DNA of 64,000 nt from Nitrospirota bacterium (GTDB taxonomy: Bacteria > Nitrospirota > Thermodesulfovibrionia > Thermodesulfovibrionales > Dissulfurispiraceae): assembly GCA_963710375.1 (NCBI GenBank), contig CAVPZX010000002.1:576001-640000 (forward strand), given 5' to 3'. The notes under the pieces were generated by a model. The model did not search any database. It was not told where the DNA came from and saw nothing but the letters and a program-made list of their open reading frames with translations. Shown here piece by piece: positions 19,109-29,653 of the stretch. Within the stretch, counting starts at the first letter, position 1, and every line of letters starts with the position of its first letter. Made by a program: the position numbers and the translations under genes.

Positions 19109-21028
19109 ATGGACAATGCGACAAAAATATTACTGGTTGAGGACAATTCCGGGGACGCCCGTCTGCTGGAAGAGATGCTTAAGGAAGCTAATATACGGTT
19201 CGAGATGCACTGCGTCGATAGATTGTCATCAGGGATTGAAAAACTAAAATCGGATGGCTTCGACATCATCCTGCTGGACCTCGGCCTTCCTGACAGCCAG
19301 GGGTTGCTTACGCTCACAAAATTGAATGGAATCAAACCTGAAGCTCCGATTATTGTGCTGACTGGTCTTCCGGATGAGGCCGTGGGTATCCAGGCCGTGC
19401 AGGAAGGTGCGCAGGATTTTCTTGTCAAAGGACAGGTTGATAAAAATCTGATAGTGCGCTCTATAAGTTATGCAATTGAACGCAAGAAGATACAGGGGGC
19501 GCTGCTGAAGTCCGAGGAATTAATTACAAGCATCCTCGAACATGTTGATGAGGGATTCATTATCATCGACCGTGACTTCCGGATCCTGTCCGCTAACATG
19601 GCATACTCCAAGATAGTCGAGATGCCTCTTGATAAGATAATCGGCAAGCACTGTTATGAAGTGTCATATAATTTATCCGCACCTTGTACCATAACGGTAA
19701 ATGATTGCCCGGTAAGAAGAGTATTTGAGACCCGGAAGTCCTGCTCAGCCATTCATAAGCATGAAGATTCAAAAGGACGCACAATTCATATCGAGAAAAA
19801 GGCGTATCCCTTCTCGAAAGATCCTTCTGGCGAGGTTATTACAGCGATCGAGACGCTTGTTGACATCACAGAAAAGCAGAAACTCGAAGAGCAGCTGCGC
19901 CAGTCCCTGAAAATGGAGGCGATAGGACAGCTGGCTGGCGGCGTGGCCCATGATTTCAACAACATCCTTACTGCCATTATGGGTTATGGAGGTTTTGCCC
20001 TGATGAACATGTCAAAAGACGACCCCCATCGGATAAATATCGAACATATGCTTGAGGGCGCGGAAAGGGCAGCGCACCTTACAAATGACCTGCTTCTTTT
20101 TAGCAGAAAACAGATTAGCGAAAGAAAGCACGTGGACCTGAACGAGATCATTAAAAAGATGGAAAAATTCCTGACAAGGATAATTGGTGAGGACATCGAA
20201 TGTAAAACCGCATTACATCCTGGAGCGCTGCCGGTCCTGGCTGATGCACACCAGCTTGAGCAGGTCATGATGAACCTTGCGACAAATGCGAGGGATGCCA
20301 TGCCGAAGGGAGGTGTCTTCAGTGTGACAACCGAAAGAATCAGGCTTAATAAGGAATTCATAACGGCAAATGAATACGGTCAGCCGGGCATGTATGCATT
20401 GATAACCTTTTCCGATACCGGCAAGGGTATGGACGAAACGACCCGGCAGAGGATATTCGAGCCCTTCTTTACCACAAGGGAACTGGGGAAAGGCACCGGA
20501 CTTGGGATGGCGGTAGTCTATGGCATTGTCAAAGGACATGACGGATACATTAATGTCTACAGCGAGCCTGAGCTTGGCACAACCTTCAAAATATACCTGC
20601 CGATGACTACCTTGCAAGGGGAACTGTCACTGGAATCAATCCAGCCCCTAGCGTTGGGGAAAGGCGAAACAATACTAATAGCCGAAGATGACCCAGCGGT
20701 AAGAGAAGTTCTCAGATTAAGCCTTGAAGAACACGGCTACATGGTAATAGAGGCTGAAAACGGAGAGGATGCGGTAAGACAATACAAGGACAATATAGAG
20801 AAGGTGTCCCTTGTCCTCCTTGATGTGATAATGCCGCTAAAAAATGGCAGGGAGGCATGTGACGAGATAAAGGGTCTCAAATCCGATGCAAAGGTAGTAT
20901 TCGTGAGCGGATACACTGACGATATTATTATGGGAAAGGGGCTGCTTAAACCAGACACTGAATTAATTACCAAACCGATCTCACCTGACAATCTCCTGAG
21001 AAGGGTTAGAAAAGTGCTTGACAGATAA
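19109..21028 (+). CDS. Hybrid histidine kinase (REC-PAS-HisKA-HATPase-REC)
   Basis: N-terminal REC, PAS (GKHCYE), [23 protein letters not shown] and a C-terminal REC. Confidence 0.92.
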   Translation: MDNATKILLVEDNSGDARLLEEMLKEANIRFEMHCVDRLSSGIEKLKSDGFDIILLDLGLPDSQGLLTLTKLNGIKPEAPIIVLTGLPDEAVGIQAVQEGAQDFLVKGQVDKNLIVRSISYAIERKKIQGALLKSEELITSILEHVDEGFIIIDRDFRILSANMAYSKIVEMPLDKIIGKHCYEVSYNLSAPCTITVNDCPVRRVFETRKSCSAIHKHEDSKGRTIHIEKKAYPFSKDPSGEVITAIETLVDITEKQKLEEQLRQSLKMEAIGQLAGGVAHDFNNILTAIMGYGGFALMNMSKDDPHRINIEHMLEGAERAAHLTNDLLLFSRKQISERKHVDLNEIIKKMEKFLTRIIGEDIECKTALHPGALPVLADAHQLEQVMMNLATNARDAMPKGGVFSVTTERIRLNKEFITANEYGQPGMYALITFSDTGKGMDETTRQRIFEPFFTTRELGKGTGLGMAVVYGIVKGHDGYINVYSEPELGTTFKIYLPMTTLQGELSLESIQPLALGKGETILIAEDDPAVREVLRLSLEEHGYMVIEAENGEDAVRQYKDNIEKVSLVLLDVIMPLKNGREACDEIKGLKSDAKVVFVSGYTDDIIMGKGLLKPDTELITKPISPDNLLRRVRKVLDR

Positions 21029-21208
21029 AGAAATAATTTTATTACCCCCCTTCAGTTGTCAATCAGAAGCCCTTTCAGTGTAAAACCTCCATTTAGTATT
21101 GTATTTTATCCAACTTTGGTGTCCGATGCTTCCATCTTATGCCTTTTTTCCAAGTTTCAATCACTGTCATTTCTTTCCAAAAAGTCTTCGACTTTTCGGC
21201 AGACCCTG

Positions 21209-21296
21209 GTCATTGTGAGCTAGGCGAAGTAATCTCTTAGTTTGTAACCAATTGATTTGTAGAAATTAATTCTACGCTCTACTCCTCGTAATTACA
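21209..21296. repeat. Degenerate REP/RPE-like palindromic element
   Basis: GTCATTGTGAGCTAGGCGAAGTAATCTC ... CTCCTCGTAATTAC resembles the widespread GTCATTGCGAG...GCAATCT / GAGATTGC...CTCGCAATGAC palindrome family. Confidence 0.4.
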
Positions 21297-21415
21297 TTAA
21301 AAATACTTTTTGCAATAGAATTTTTTGTTTTCAGTGAATCAGGTGCATTTTTTGCAATACATTTGACGAGTGTTACAAAATACATCTATAAAGTTAGTGA
21401 CTGGTAATTTGGAAT

Positions 21416-22660
21416 ATGGCGACAAAATTCAAACATATTGACGAACCTGATGTGCCAATCCCGGTCAGGCAGCTGGTCATTGGAACCAGAATGCCCTGTA
21501 ATGTATTTGTAAGAGAAAAAGAAGCTCTAAGGGTCTTCTTTAACAAGGACGACCTCTACACCACAGTGTCAGACAATATCTTGAGAGAAAAAGGCGCTTC
21601 CGAAGTCTTCATACATCAGAGCGACAGCATGTACTTCGACTTGTACCTTGCCGGTAACCGTTCACTAAATAGGGTCAGAAATGCCGACAGCGTGGCTGCA
21701 TTCAAAGAATATTCTTACCGCAAGGAACAGCACCATCAGATCGATACCACCCTGCTTGTTCCCGGCACAGAGATTAATTTCAGCCTCTTTGTCCTGGATA
21801 AGCTGAATTATTCTCCTGTAGTTGAAGCCTCTGACAATTCTCACGCTGTCATAAGCGAAAACATGCTGAACATAGCCGGTGATGTCGCCATAAATAAATG
21901 TGACGTGCCACGCTACCTTGAATATATTTCTGCGCTTCAGAAGTCCCCTGAATTGCTTGAAGGCAACAAAACTAAAATAAGAGCGTTCGTCCTCAAAGAG
22001 ACATCAAAGGCCATATTGCAGAATTTCCTTGCCGACCCAAAGAGCGGCGAGACCATAAAAGAGGTAAGCGGGCTGGTCAATGATATGATCGATTGCATCA
22101 TGGAGGACAGGGATGCAATATATGCATTGCTGTCCCTGAAAGGATACGATTATTATACCTATACTCACTCAGTCAATGTCGCCGCATTATCCATCGGTTT
22201 GGGCGTCGCAATAAATTTGAACCGGGAAGATACCGAGAAATTGGGGTTGGGCGGCATGTGCCATGACATCGGAAAGAGTCAGATCTCGCACGAAGTATTG
22301 AACAAGCAGGGCAGGCTTAACCCTCTCGAATACAATATCATCAAGAGCCATGTCCTGGAAGGCGAGAAAATAATGCGTGAACATAAAAACTTCCCCTCCG
22401 AGTCGTTCAGTGCCATATTGCAGCACCACGAAAAGCTGTCAGGCAACGGATATCCCTACGGCCTTAGCGGGCATGACTTAAACATCTTCGGAAAAATCGC
22501 TGCTATCGCCGATTGCTATGATGCCTTGACAACACGGCGTCCTTACAAAACAGCTTACACACCGTTTCATGCCCTTTCGATTATTTCCAAAGATACAGGC
22601 GACTACGATCCCGACCTGTTGAAAGCTTTTATAAAGATGTTGGGCAAGATACACCTCTAA
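21416..22660 (+). CDS. HD-GYP domain protein (putative c-di-GMP phosphodiesterase)
   Basis: YTYTHSVNV, HDIGK, HHEKLSGNGYPYG and IADCYDALTTRRPYK motifs are all intact. Confidence 0.92.
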   Translation: MATKFKHIDEPDVPIPVRQLVIGTRMPCNVFVREKEALRVFFNKDDLYTTVSDNILREKGASEVFIHQSDSMYFDLYLAGNRSLNRVRNADSVAAFKEYSYRKEQHHQIDTTLLVPGTEINFSLFVLDKLNYSPVVEASDNSHAVISENMLNIAGDVAINKCDVPRYLEYISALQKSPELLEGNKTKIRAFVLKETSKAILQNFLADPKSGETIKEVSGLVNDMIDCIMEDRDAIYALLSLKGYDYYTYTHSVNVAALSIGLGVAINLNREDTEKLGLGGMCHDIGKSQISHEVLNKQGRLNPLEYNIIKSHVLEGEKIMREHKNFPSESFSAILQHHEKLSGNGYPYGLSGHDLNIFGKIAAIADCYDALTTRRPYKTAYTPFHALSIISKDTGDYDPDLLKAFIKMLGKIHL

Positions 22661-22756
22661 GGGCTCGCGGATAAATCAATTTGTTAAAAAAGAAATTATC
22701 AGGCAATCGGTCAGCAATTTTTTCTATGATCAGATGCTAAAAAAAGGAGGAATAAC

Positions 22757-22868
22757 GTGATACTCGATGATGTCAGGAAGATATCGAGGCAGAAAGGTGT
22801 GAAGACTGCTAAACATGAAGAAGGGTCAAATCATCAGGGCAATCCAGATGTCCGGAGGCTATCAATGA
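22757..22868 (+). pseudogene. Short Rho-N/SAP-like ORF with a +1 indel, overlapping the FNT start (ATGA)
   Basis: AAAGGAGG RBS. Removing one A at 22811-22813 gives MILDDVRKISRQKGVKTANMKKGQIIRAIQMSGGYQ*, resembling the MKKxELIRAIQ motif. Confidence 0.55.
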
Positions 22869-24226
22869 GCGAACAGTCTGATACGAACACGTGTTTTGCC
22901 CCCATAAATCCGGCGGCATCTTCTGTTGACAATCTTTTGCCTCCAGCAATAGCTCTGAAGGCCGAAAACGTTGGAGTTTTAAAGGCCAACCTCGACTTGT
23001 TTACGCTCCTGACGTTATCTATTCTTGCTGGGGCATTTATATCCTTGGGCTCGATTTTTTTTACTGCGGTAGTGGCTGGAAACGGAGTTGGCGGGTCTCT
23101 TAAACTACCTGTCGGCATTTTAAGGTTAGCGGGTGGGACTGTCTTCAGCCTTGGCCTGATTTTGGTGGTTATAGCAGGAGCCGAGCTTTTTACAGGCAAC
23201 ATCCTGATTATCATGGCTGCAGCCAGTAAAAAAATATCCATCAGGCTTGTGGCAAGAAATTGGGGGATGGCTTACGTCGGCAACATGATCGGCGCCATTG
23301 CAACGGCTTATCTGGTATTTGCCAGCGGCCATTACAAGTTAGCGGATGGCATCATAGGACTGCAAGCATTGGCAATCGCCAGCGCCAAATGCAAGATGCC
23401 CTTTATGGAGGCACTCATCAGTGGGATTTACTGTAACGCTCTGGTCTGCCTTGCCGTTTGGCTCTGCCTTTCCGGTCGTACGGTCATAGACAAAATCGGC
23501 AGTATAATCTTTCCCATCGCCGCTTTCGTCACCATAGGATTTGAGCACTGCGTGGCAAACATGTACTTCATTCCCACCGGTATCTTTATCAAAAACTACG
23601 CTGAACCAGGATTTTGGATAAAGACCGGCAATATTGCCGGCAATTTAGGAAGCTCCTATGAATCTCTTACGTGGAGTAATTTTTTTGTCGCAAACCTCCT
23701 GCCGGTGTCGCTCGGCAATATAATAGGCGGGCTCATGGTCGGACTTATGTACTGGATAATCTACAACCGTCCAAATACTTTAAACTTCGATAACCAAATG
23801 GAATTATTGAAAAAACTTATAGTTGTCGGCAGAAGGAAACACATTCGGTATACGGCGGAAGGGCATGTCACATTACACTCCGATTCGTGTTTTGCCAGGG
23901 GAAAGCTCTTCAATATAAGCGAAGGCGGTTTGTTATGTGCCATTAACAAGCAGGAGACCTACCTTCCCTGCAAGTTGGAGAAGATAATGTGCGATATAGA
24001 AAGTAACATGGAGGCGGGTACGACAATCACGGACCACAAACCTGATAAAATAAAGATTTCAGGCATTAATGCCCTTGTGGTCAACCTCGGCTCGGAAATG
24101 TTCAGTCAAATGACACTGGTATGGGTTTCGATTAAATTTATCAACCTCACACAGGAAAAGAAGAAGGAAATACTGGACTTTATTAAGGCGATACCCGACA
24201 AGGACAAACAAAACGGAAAAAACTAG
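22865..24226 (+). CDS. Formate/nitrite transporter (FNT) fused to a C-terminal PilZ domain
   Basis: FNT motifs GAELFTGN, CNALVCLAVW, GFEHCVANMY, GNIIGG. The C-terminal ~130 aa carry RRKHIR and NISEGG and end SIKFINLTQEKKKEILDFI. GGAGG precedes ATG 22865. Confidence 0.88.
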   Translation: MSEQSDTNTCFAPINPAASSVDNLLPPAIALKAENVGVLKANLDLFTLLTLSILAGAFISLGSIFFTAVVAGNGVGGSLKLPVGILRLAGGTVFSLGLILVVIAGAELFTGNILIIMAAASKKISIRLVARNWGMAYVGNMIGAIATAYLVFASGHYKLADGIIGLQALAIASAKCKMPFMEALISGIYCNALVCLAVWLCLSGRTVIDKIGSIIFPIAAFVTIGFEHCVANMYFIPTGIFIKNYAEPGFWIKTGNIAGNLGSSYESLTWSNFFVANLLPVSLGNIIGGLMVGLMYWIIYNRPNTLNFDNQMELLKKLIVVGRRKHIRYTAEGHVTLHSDSCFARGKLFNISEGGLLCAINKQETYLPCKLEKIMCDIESNMEAGTTITDHKPDKIKISGINALVVNLGSEMFSQMTLVWVSIKFINLTQEKKKEILDFIKAIPDKDKQNGKN

Positions 24227-24317
24227 CCGCAAATAAATAACTTCCACATTGATGCATCCCTCCCGCCTGCCGGAGTTTTCGAGAAAACCGAAACAGCGAT
24301 TCCGGTATAATAAAGGC

Positions 24318-24821
24318 ATGCAACCATCCAGTCATAAAACAAATCCATCCAGGTATATTACCCCTGAGGGTCGAACACAATTAAGCGAGGAACTCTCATA
24401 CCTCTGGAAGGTAAAGCGCCCTCAGGTCACACAGGCAGTGGCCGAAGCCGCAGCCATGGGGGACCGTTCAGAGAACGCCGAGTATATTTACGGAAAGAAG
24501 CAGTTAAGGCAGATCGATTCCCGCATCAGGTTTCTCGCAAAGAGGATGAGCGAATTGATGGTCGTGAACAGGCCGCCTGATGATACGTCAAAAGTATTTT
24601 TCGGCGCCTGGGTCGAACTTGAGGATTCCGATGGGAACCTGTTCCGGTATCGCATCGTCGGTGCGGACGAATTCGATCTCAAAAAGGGTTTTATCAGCAT
24701 TGATTCTCCCATGGCAAAGGCGTTGTTGCGCAAAACCGAGGGGGAAGAAGTTGTGGTGAGCAGACCCCACGGTACTGAAGCCTTTGTGGTGACATCAATC
24801 CGCTATGAAATACAAAAGTGA
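24318..24821 (+). CDS. greB: Transcription elongation factor GreB
   Basis: YITPEG, AAAMGDRSENAEYIYGKK and ISIDSPMAKALL motifs. Confidence 0.93.
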   Translation: MQPSSHKTNPSRYITPEGRTQLSEELSYLWKVKRPQVTQAVAEAAAMGDRSENAEYIYGKKQLRQIDSRIRFLAKRMSELMVVNRPPDDTSKVFFGAWVELEDSDGNLFRYRIVGADEFDLKKGFISIDSPMAKALLRKTEGEEVVVSRPHGTEAFVVTSIRYEIQK

Positions 24822-24876
24822 GGGAAGACTCCGGTGCATTCACTTGCCGGTTGCGAGATTTGGGGTATACTTTTAT

Positions 24877-25729
24877 ATGACGAAGCGAATAGTTATCAGA
24901 TTGTTGCCAATCTTTGCGCTGATGATTTTCTTATTCCCTGCGGCAGCAGGCGGTCATGAAGATAATGCCTCAGGAAATGCCGGAATTGTCGAGAGGACGG
25001 GTCAGAGTGTCCCGCTCGACCTGAACTTTCTTGATGAAGACGGTCGTATGGTCACGTTGCGCGAGTTGGTTACCAAACCCACTATACTTACACCCGTCTA
25101 TTATTCATGCAGCGACGAGCTGTCCGCTGATGCTGGGAGCACTGGCTTCCGTAATGGGAGAAGTCAAGCTTGAGCCCGGCAAGGATTATAAAGTAGTGAC
25201 GATCAGCATAGACAAAAACGATACGCCCGCAATCGCAAAGAGAAACAAGGGCAATTACATCAGGGCAAGCGGAGTTGCATTCCCGGCTGATGCCTGGCGA
25301 TTTCTAACAGGCGGAGAAGATAACATCAGCAGGCTCACCAAGGCCTTGGGTTTTAGTTATCGGCAGGAGTCCGGCACCAGAGCGGCTGGACCCGGCTCAC
25401 AAAAGGAATCTCAAGGGTTCGTCCATCCCACGGTGCTGATCTTTCTGGCGCCTGACGGCAAGATAATCAGGTACATCTATTATGGGCAATCACACTACGC
25501 ATCGCTCTCGCATGCTTCCTTTTCACCTGCGGATTTGACATTGGCACTCACCGATGCTGCACAAGGGAAAGTTCGGGCCGGTTCGATAAATCCTATACTC
25601 CTATGCTTCCCCGGCATATCCAGGAAGCAGGAAATATTCTATACACTGTTGTCGATAGTCGGTGTCTTAACGCTTCTTTGTGTAGCGGTCTTTTTTATTT
25701 ACCTGAGGAAGTCCGGAGGCCATCAGTAG
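24877..25729 (+). CDS. SCO1/SenC family protein; +1 frameshift at about 25117-25120 inside the CxxxC motif
   Basis: Signal peptide, PVYYSCSD[x]CPLML, WRFLTG, FVHPT and a C-terminal TM helix, spread over ORFs 24805-25173 and 25031-25729. Confidence 0.8.
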
Positions 25730-25765
25730 AACTAACCCAATATTAACCTTTCAGTGTCTATCGGA

Positions 25766-26140
25766 TCAGTCTTCAACTTTTTCACGTTTCGGCCAACTCC
25801 TGATGACCTGAACAATTTCACGCACATATGCACATTCACATTTCACCTGACATGGGCGCAATTCATTTTTGTGCAGACAGTACCCCGGGCATTCTTCAGT
25901 GCCGTTAAGTCTTTCAAGAAATATTGGGCCACGGGATAAGTCTTCAAAATGCTCAGCAGGAACAGAAAAAGAGGTTCCGCATATGTGGGTGAATAGAAAG
26001 AGTCCAGTCATAAGTTCTTCAAAATTCGCTTGGTAGCCTATCATACGAAGTTTTGGATCACTAAGAAAAGACAGTCTTCCGTGCCATTCAAACCCGCACA
26101 TGGAGCACTTCTTGAATAATGTCGACTGTGGTTTGTCCAT
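25766..26140 (-). CDS. Cys-rich hypothetical protein
   Basis: GGAG RBS immediately after the argF stop; CSMC, HIC, CPGYC and CQVKCEC motifs. Confidence 0.75.
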   Translation of the reverse strand: MDKPQSTLFKKCSMCGFEWHGRLSFLSDPKLRMIGYQANFEELMTGLFLFTHICGTSFSVPAEHFEDLSRGPIFLERLNGTEECPGYCLHKNELRPCQVKCECAYVREIVQVIRSWPKREKVED

Positions 26141-26144
26141 CTCC

Positions 26145-27053
26145 TTAGGGAGTAATCAGGAACTCAAGGAGTGCTTTTTCGGTATGCAATCTGTTTTCGG
26201 CCTGATCAAACACCGCGCTCTGAGGTCCATCCATAACCTCATCCGTTATCTCCTGGCCTCTATATGCCGGAAGACAGTGGAGGACTACAGCATCTTTTTT
26301 GGCGTGGCTGAGCAAAGCAGTGTTTATCTGGTACCCGGCAAACTGAGCTTTTCTATTTTCCGCTTCTTTTTCCTGTCCCATGCTCACCCAAACATCCGTG
26401 TAAACAATATCGGCATCAGCTACAGCCTCCACAGGGTCCCGCACAATGGTTATTGACCCGCCGGCGCTGCCCCGCGCCCTTTGGAGGATGTCAGGATGAG
26501 GATCGAAGCTATCAGGACAAGCGATAACCATATTGACGCCGGTAAGAGCAGACGCTTCTATGAGCGAGTTGGCAACATTATTGCCGTCTCCGATGTACGC
26601 CATACGTCTGCCCTTCAGGCCGCCCTTCCTTTCCATAATAGTCATTAGATCAGCCAGCGCCTGGCAGGGGTGATGAAGGTCCGAAAGACCATTGACCACC
26701 GGCACAGTTGCAAACGAAGCAAACTCCTCAACAGCAGAATGCGCGTAAGTCCTGAGAACAACGGCGGTGAGATAGCGGGACAGGACGCGCGCAGTATCGG
26801 CAATCGTCTCACCCCTTCCCAGATGTATTTCTTTTGGGTTGAGGTATAGTGATTGTCCTCCCAGCTGGTAGATACCGACTTCAAAAGATACCCTTGTACG
26901 AGTTGAAGGTTTTTCAAAAAATAGCCCGATGCTTTTGCCTATTAACGGGCATTTATGTGAGTCAGCGCCGGATTTCAGGGCCAACGCCCTTTCCAATAGG
27001 TGTTCGATCTCATTTTTTGTGAGATCATGTATTGCAAGAAGATCGCGTTTCAT
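26145..27053 (-). CDS. argF: Ornithine carbamoyltransferase
   Basis: FEKPSTRTRVSF, HPCQ, TDVWVSMG, HCLPA and QAENR motifs. Confidence 0.97.
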   Translation of the reverse strand: MKRDLLAIHDLTKNEIEHLLERALALKSGADSHKCPLIGKSIGLFFEKPSTRTRVSFEVGIYQLGGQSLYLNPKEIHLGRGETIADTARVLSRYLTAVVLRTYAHSAVEEFASFATVPVVNGLSDLHHPCQALADLMTIMERKGGLKGRRMAYIGDGNNVANSLIEASALTGVNMVIACPDSFDPHPDILQRARGSAGGSITIVRDPVEAVADADIVYTDVWVSMGQEKEAENRKAQFAGYQINTALLSHAKKDAVVLHCLPAYRGQEITDEVMDGPQSAVFDQAENRLHTEKALLEFLITP

Positions 27054-28249
27054 ATCGATCGGCTCAGCAGTTCGTCAAGCAGTTCAGCAAGCACGTCCAC
27101 CTCTTTTTTCTCGACAATAAGCGGAGGGGTAAAACGCAGCACATTGCCGAGGCCCGCACAATTGATCAGGATACCCCTGTCAAGGCATGCCTTTACAATA
27201 GGCATCCCGTCCCTAGTAAGTTCCATGCCGACAAAAAGGCCCTTGCCCCGCACATCGACGATCTGATCAAAGGCTTCCTTAAGCTGCAGCAGACGTCCCC
27301 TGAAATACTCTCCCATTCTGACGCAGTGGTCCAGGACAAACCCGTCCTCGAGAATTGCCTCCACAGTAGCAATAGCAGCGGCACACGCCAGGGGATTGCC
27401 TCCAAAGGTAGAGGCATGATCGCCGGGCTTGAACGCTGCAGCAATTTTATCAGTAGTCAGCATTGCTCCTATAGGCATTCCTCCAGCGAGGCCTTTTGCA
27501 AGTGTCATGATGTCGGGGACCATATTATAATGCTCATAAGCAAAAAACTTGCCGGTCCTTCCCATTCCTGTCTGCACTTCGTCAAGAATCAGAAGGAGTC
27601 CGTGCTTGTCGCAGAGTTCCCTGACCTCGCCAAGATAGCTGTCAGAAGGTACGTTTACGCCTCCTTCGCCCTGTATGGGCTCGAGCATCACGGCACAGGT
27701 CTTAGCGGTTATTGCCTCTTTAAGCGAATGCATGTCGTTAAACGGGACATGCTTGAAACCCGGCATCAGCGGTTCAAATCCCTTCTGGATTTTGTCCTGA
27801 CCCGTTGCTGTCAGCGTAGCAAGTGTCCTGCCGTGAAATGATTTCAATGCAGTAATTATCTCATACCGTTCATGCCCAAAATGTTCTTTTGCATACTTTC
27901 TGGCAAGTTTAATTGCCGCTTCATTGGCCTCGGCGCCTGAATTGCAGAAAAAAACCTTGTCGGCAAAGGAGTTGGTGACGAGGAGCTTTGCGAGTTTTAT
28001 TTGAGGCTCGCTATGATAATAATTCGACACATGTATTAATCTTTGTGCCTGTTTTTGGATTGCAACGACGACCTTTGGATGGCAATGTCCGAGCACATTA
28101 ACAGCAATCCCCCCCAGGAAATCGAGGTATTCCTTGCCGTCAGCGCCCCAAACCCGCATCCCCCGCCCTTTTCTGAGCACAATGGGGAAACGGTTATAGG
28201 TATGCATCAGGTAATTCTCTGACTCTTCGATGACTTTTCGAGGTTCCAT
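27050..28249 (-). CDS. argD: Acetylornithine aminotransferase
   Basis: NSGAEANE, FHGRT, EPIQGEGG, DEVQTG, AKGLAGG and STFGGNP motifs; overlaps the argF start. Confidence 0.95.
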   Translation of the reverse strand: MEPRKVIEESENYLMHTYNRFPIVLRKGRGMRVWGADGKEYLDFLGGIAVNVLGHCHPKVVVAIQKQAQRLIHVSNYYHSEPQIKLAKLLVTNSFADKVFFCNSGAEANEAAIKLARKYAKEHFGHERYEIITALKSFHGRTLATLTATGQDKIQKGFEPLMPGFKHVPFNDMHSLKEAITAKTCAVMLEPIQGEGGVNVPSDSYLGEVRELCDKHGLLLILDEVQTGMGRTGKFFAYEHYNMVPDIMTLAKGLAGGMPIGAMLTTDKIAAAFKPGDHASTFGGNPLACAAAIATVEAILEDGFVLDHCVRMGEYFRGRLLQLKEAFDQIVDVRGKGLFVGMELTRDGMPIVKACLDRGILINCAGLGNVLRFTPPLIVEKKEVDVLAELLDELLSRSI

Positions 28250-28289
28250 AGGAGATGATAACACAGAGCCAAATAGCAGGGCAAATTAT

Positions 28290-28379
28290 AAGGCCGTGAA
28301 AAGTGAAACGTGAATCGTGAAACGTCTTTTATTTCCGGCCGTTGCCATTCACGTTTCACGGTTCACGGTTCACGGTTTT
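28290..28379. repeat. Inverted heptamer-repeat element (second copy)
   Basis: AAGGCCGTGAAAAGTGAAACGTGAATCGTGAAACG ... TTCACGTTTCACGGTTCACGGTTCACGGTTTT. Confidence 0.8.
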
Positions 28380-28499
28380 TAGCGGGCTTTTCAAACATAG
28401 CGGTTTTATATTATTATATATGCTCGGCCTTATCTATTGGTCATCATTTCCAGTTAAGGATTGTAAGCTGCACATTACAATTAAATATCGGAGGGTTTT

Positions 28500-29642
28500 A
28501 TGCTAAAGCGTTATCTTTTGGCACCGGGGCCTACACCTGTGCCTCCTGAAGTTTTGCTCTCAATGGCGATGCCGATTATTCACCACAGGGCGCCTGACTT
28601 TTTGCCTGTACTTGAATCTGCAAAGACAGGTTTGAAGTGGCTGTTCCAGACAAAGAACGATGTGCTTATCCTCACCTCGACCGGCACAGGCGGCATGGTG
28701 GGGGCGGTAAATAATTTCTTTAATCCTGGAGACAAGGTGGTAGTGGTAAACGGAGGAAAATTTGGGGAACGCTGGACGAAGATTGCTCAGTCATACGGAC
28801 TGAAGGTGGAAGAGATACTCGTTGAATGGGGTTATTCGGTAAAGCCTGAGGCTGTTGAGGCAGTATTGAAGAACGACCCCGAAATAAAAGGGGTCTTTGT
28901 GCAGGCTACCGAGACATCCACAGGCGTGTACCACAACATTGAGGGACTCGGAAAAGTCGTAAAGAAATTCGAAAATGCACTGTTTATTGTTGATGCGATA
29001 AGCGCCCTGGTGGCCCAGGACATTAAGACAGATGATTGGGGAATCGATATCATGATCGGAGGTTCACAAAAGGGCATAATGCTGCCTCCGGGGCTTGCAT
29101 TCGTTAGTGTCAGTGATAAGGCATGGAAAAGAAGCGAGACCTCGAAAATGCCGAAGTTCTATTTTAATTTCAAAAAAGAACGGGAGAACCTTGCAAAGAA
29201 CCAGACAAATTTCACCTCTGCCGTGACCTTGATCATAGGGCTCAACGAGGCAATAAAGATGCTGCAGAAAGAAGGGCTCGAAAATGTCTTTAAAAGACAC
29301 GCGCTCCTTGCCCACGCGACGAGAGAGGCGGTAAAGGCAATGGGCCTCGGCCTCTATTCAAAAGAATCCCCGAGCAATTCTGTCACGGCAATAGAAGCTC
29401 CTGCCGGGATTGACGGGCAGTTAATTTACAAAAATTTGAGAGAAAAATACGGAATAACCGGGGCCGGCGGGCAGGACAAGGCAAAAGGCAAGATATTCAG
29501 GCTCGCCCATCTCGGGTATGCCGACATTTTTGATGTCATAACAGGCATTGCTGCCCTGGAAATGGTGCTGAAGGAACTTGGTTACGGTATAAAGCTCGGA
29601 ACCGGAGTTGCAAAAGCACAGGAAATATTGATGCAGCAATAA
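28500..29642 (+). CDS. Class V aminotransferase (serine-pyruvate/alanine-glyoxylate family); probable SerC substitute
   Basis: PGPTPVP, ETSTGV, VDAIS and GGSQKG motifs; upstream of serA. Confidence 0.9.
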   Translation: MLKRYLLAPGPTPVPPEVLLSMAMPIIHHRAPDFLPVLESAKTGLKWLFQTKNDVLILTSTGTGGMVGAVNNFFNPGDKVVVVNGGKFGERWTKIAQSYGLKVEEILVEWGYSVKPEAVEAVLKNDPEIKGVFVQATETSTGVYHNIEGLGKVVKKFENALFIVDAISALVAQDIKTDDWGIDIMIGGSQKGIMLPPGLAFVSVSDKAWKRSETSKMPKFYFNFKKERENLAKNQTNFTSAVTLIIGLNEAIKMLQKEGLENVFKRHALLAHATREAVKAMGLGLYSKESPSNSVTAIEAPAGIDGQLIYKNLREKYGITGAGGQDKAKGKIFRLAHLGYADIFDVITGIAALEMVLKELGYGIKLGTGVAKAQEILMQQ

Positions 29643-29653
29643 ATTCACAGATT

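Noticed and set aside
26929..27841. Long antisense ORFs opposite argD (also 36845-37669, 5926-6615 and 6745-7446)
   Set aside because: These are shadow ORFs of well-conserved genes, with no motifs or RBS of their own.
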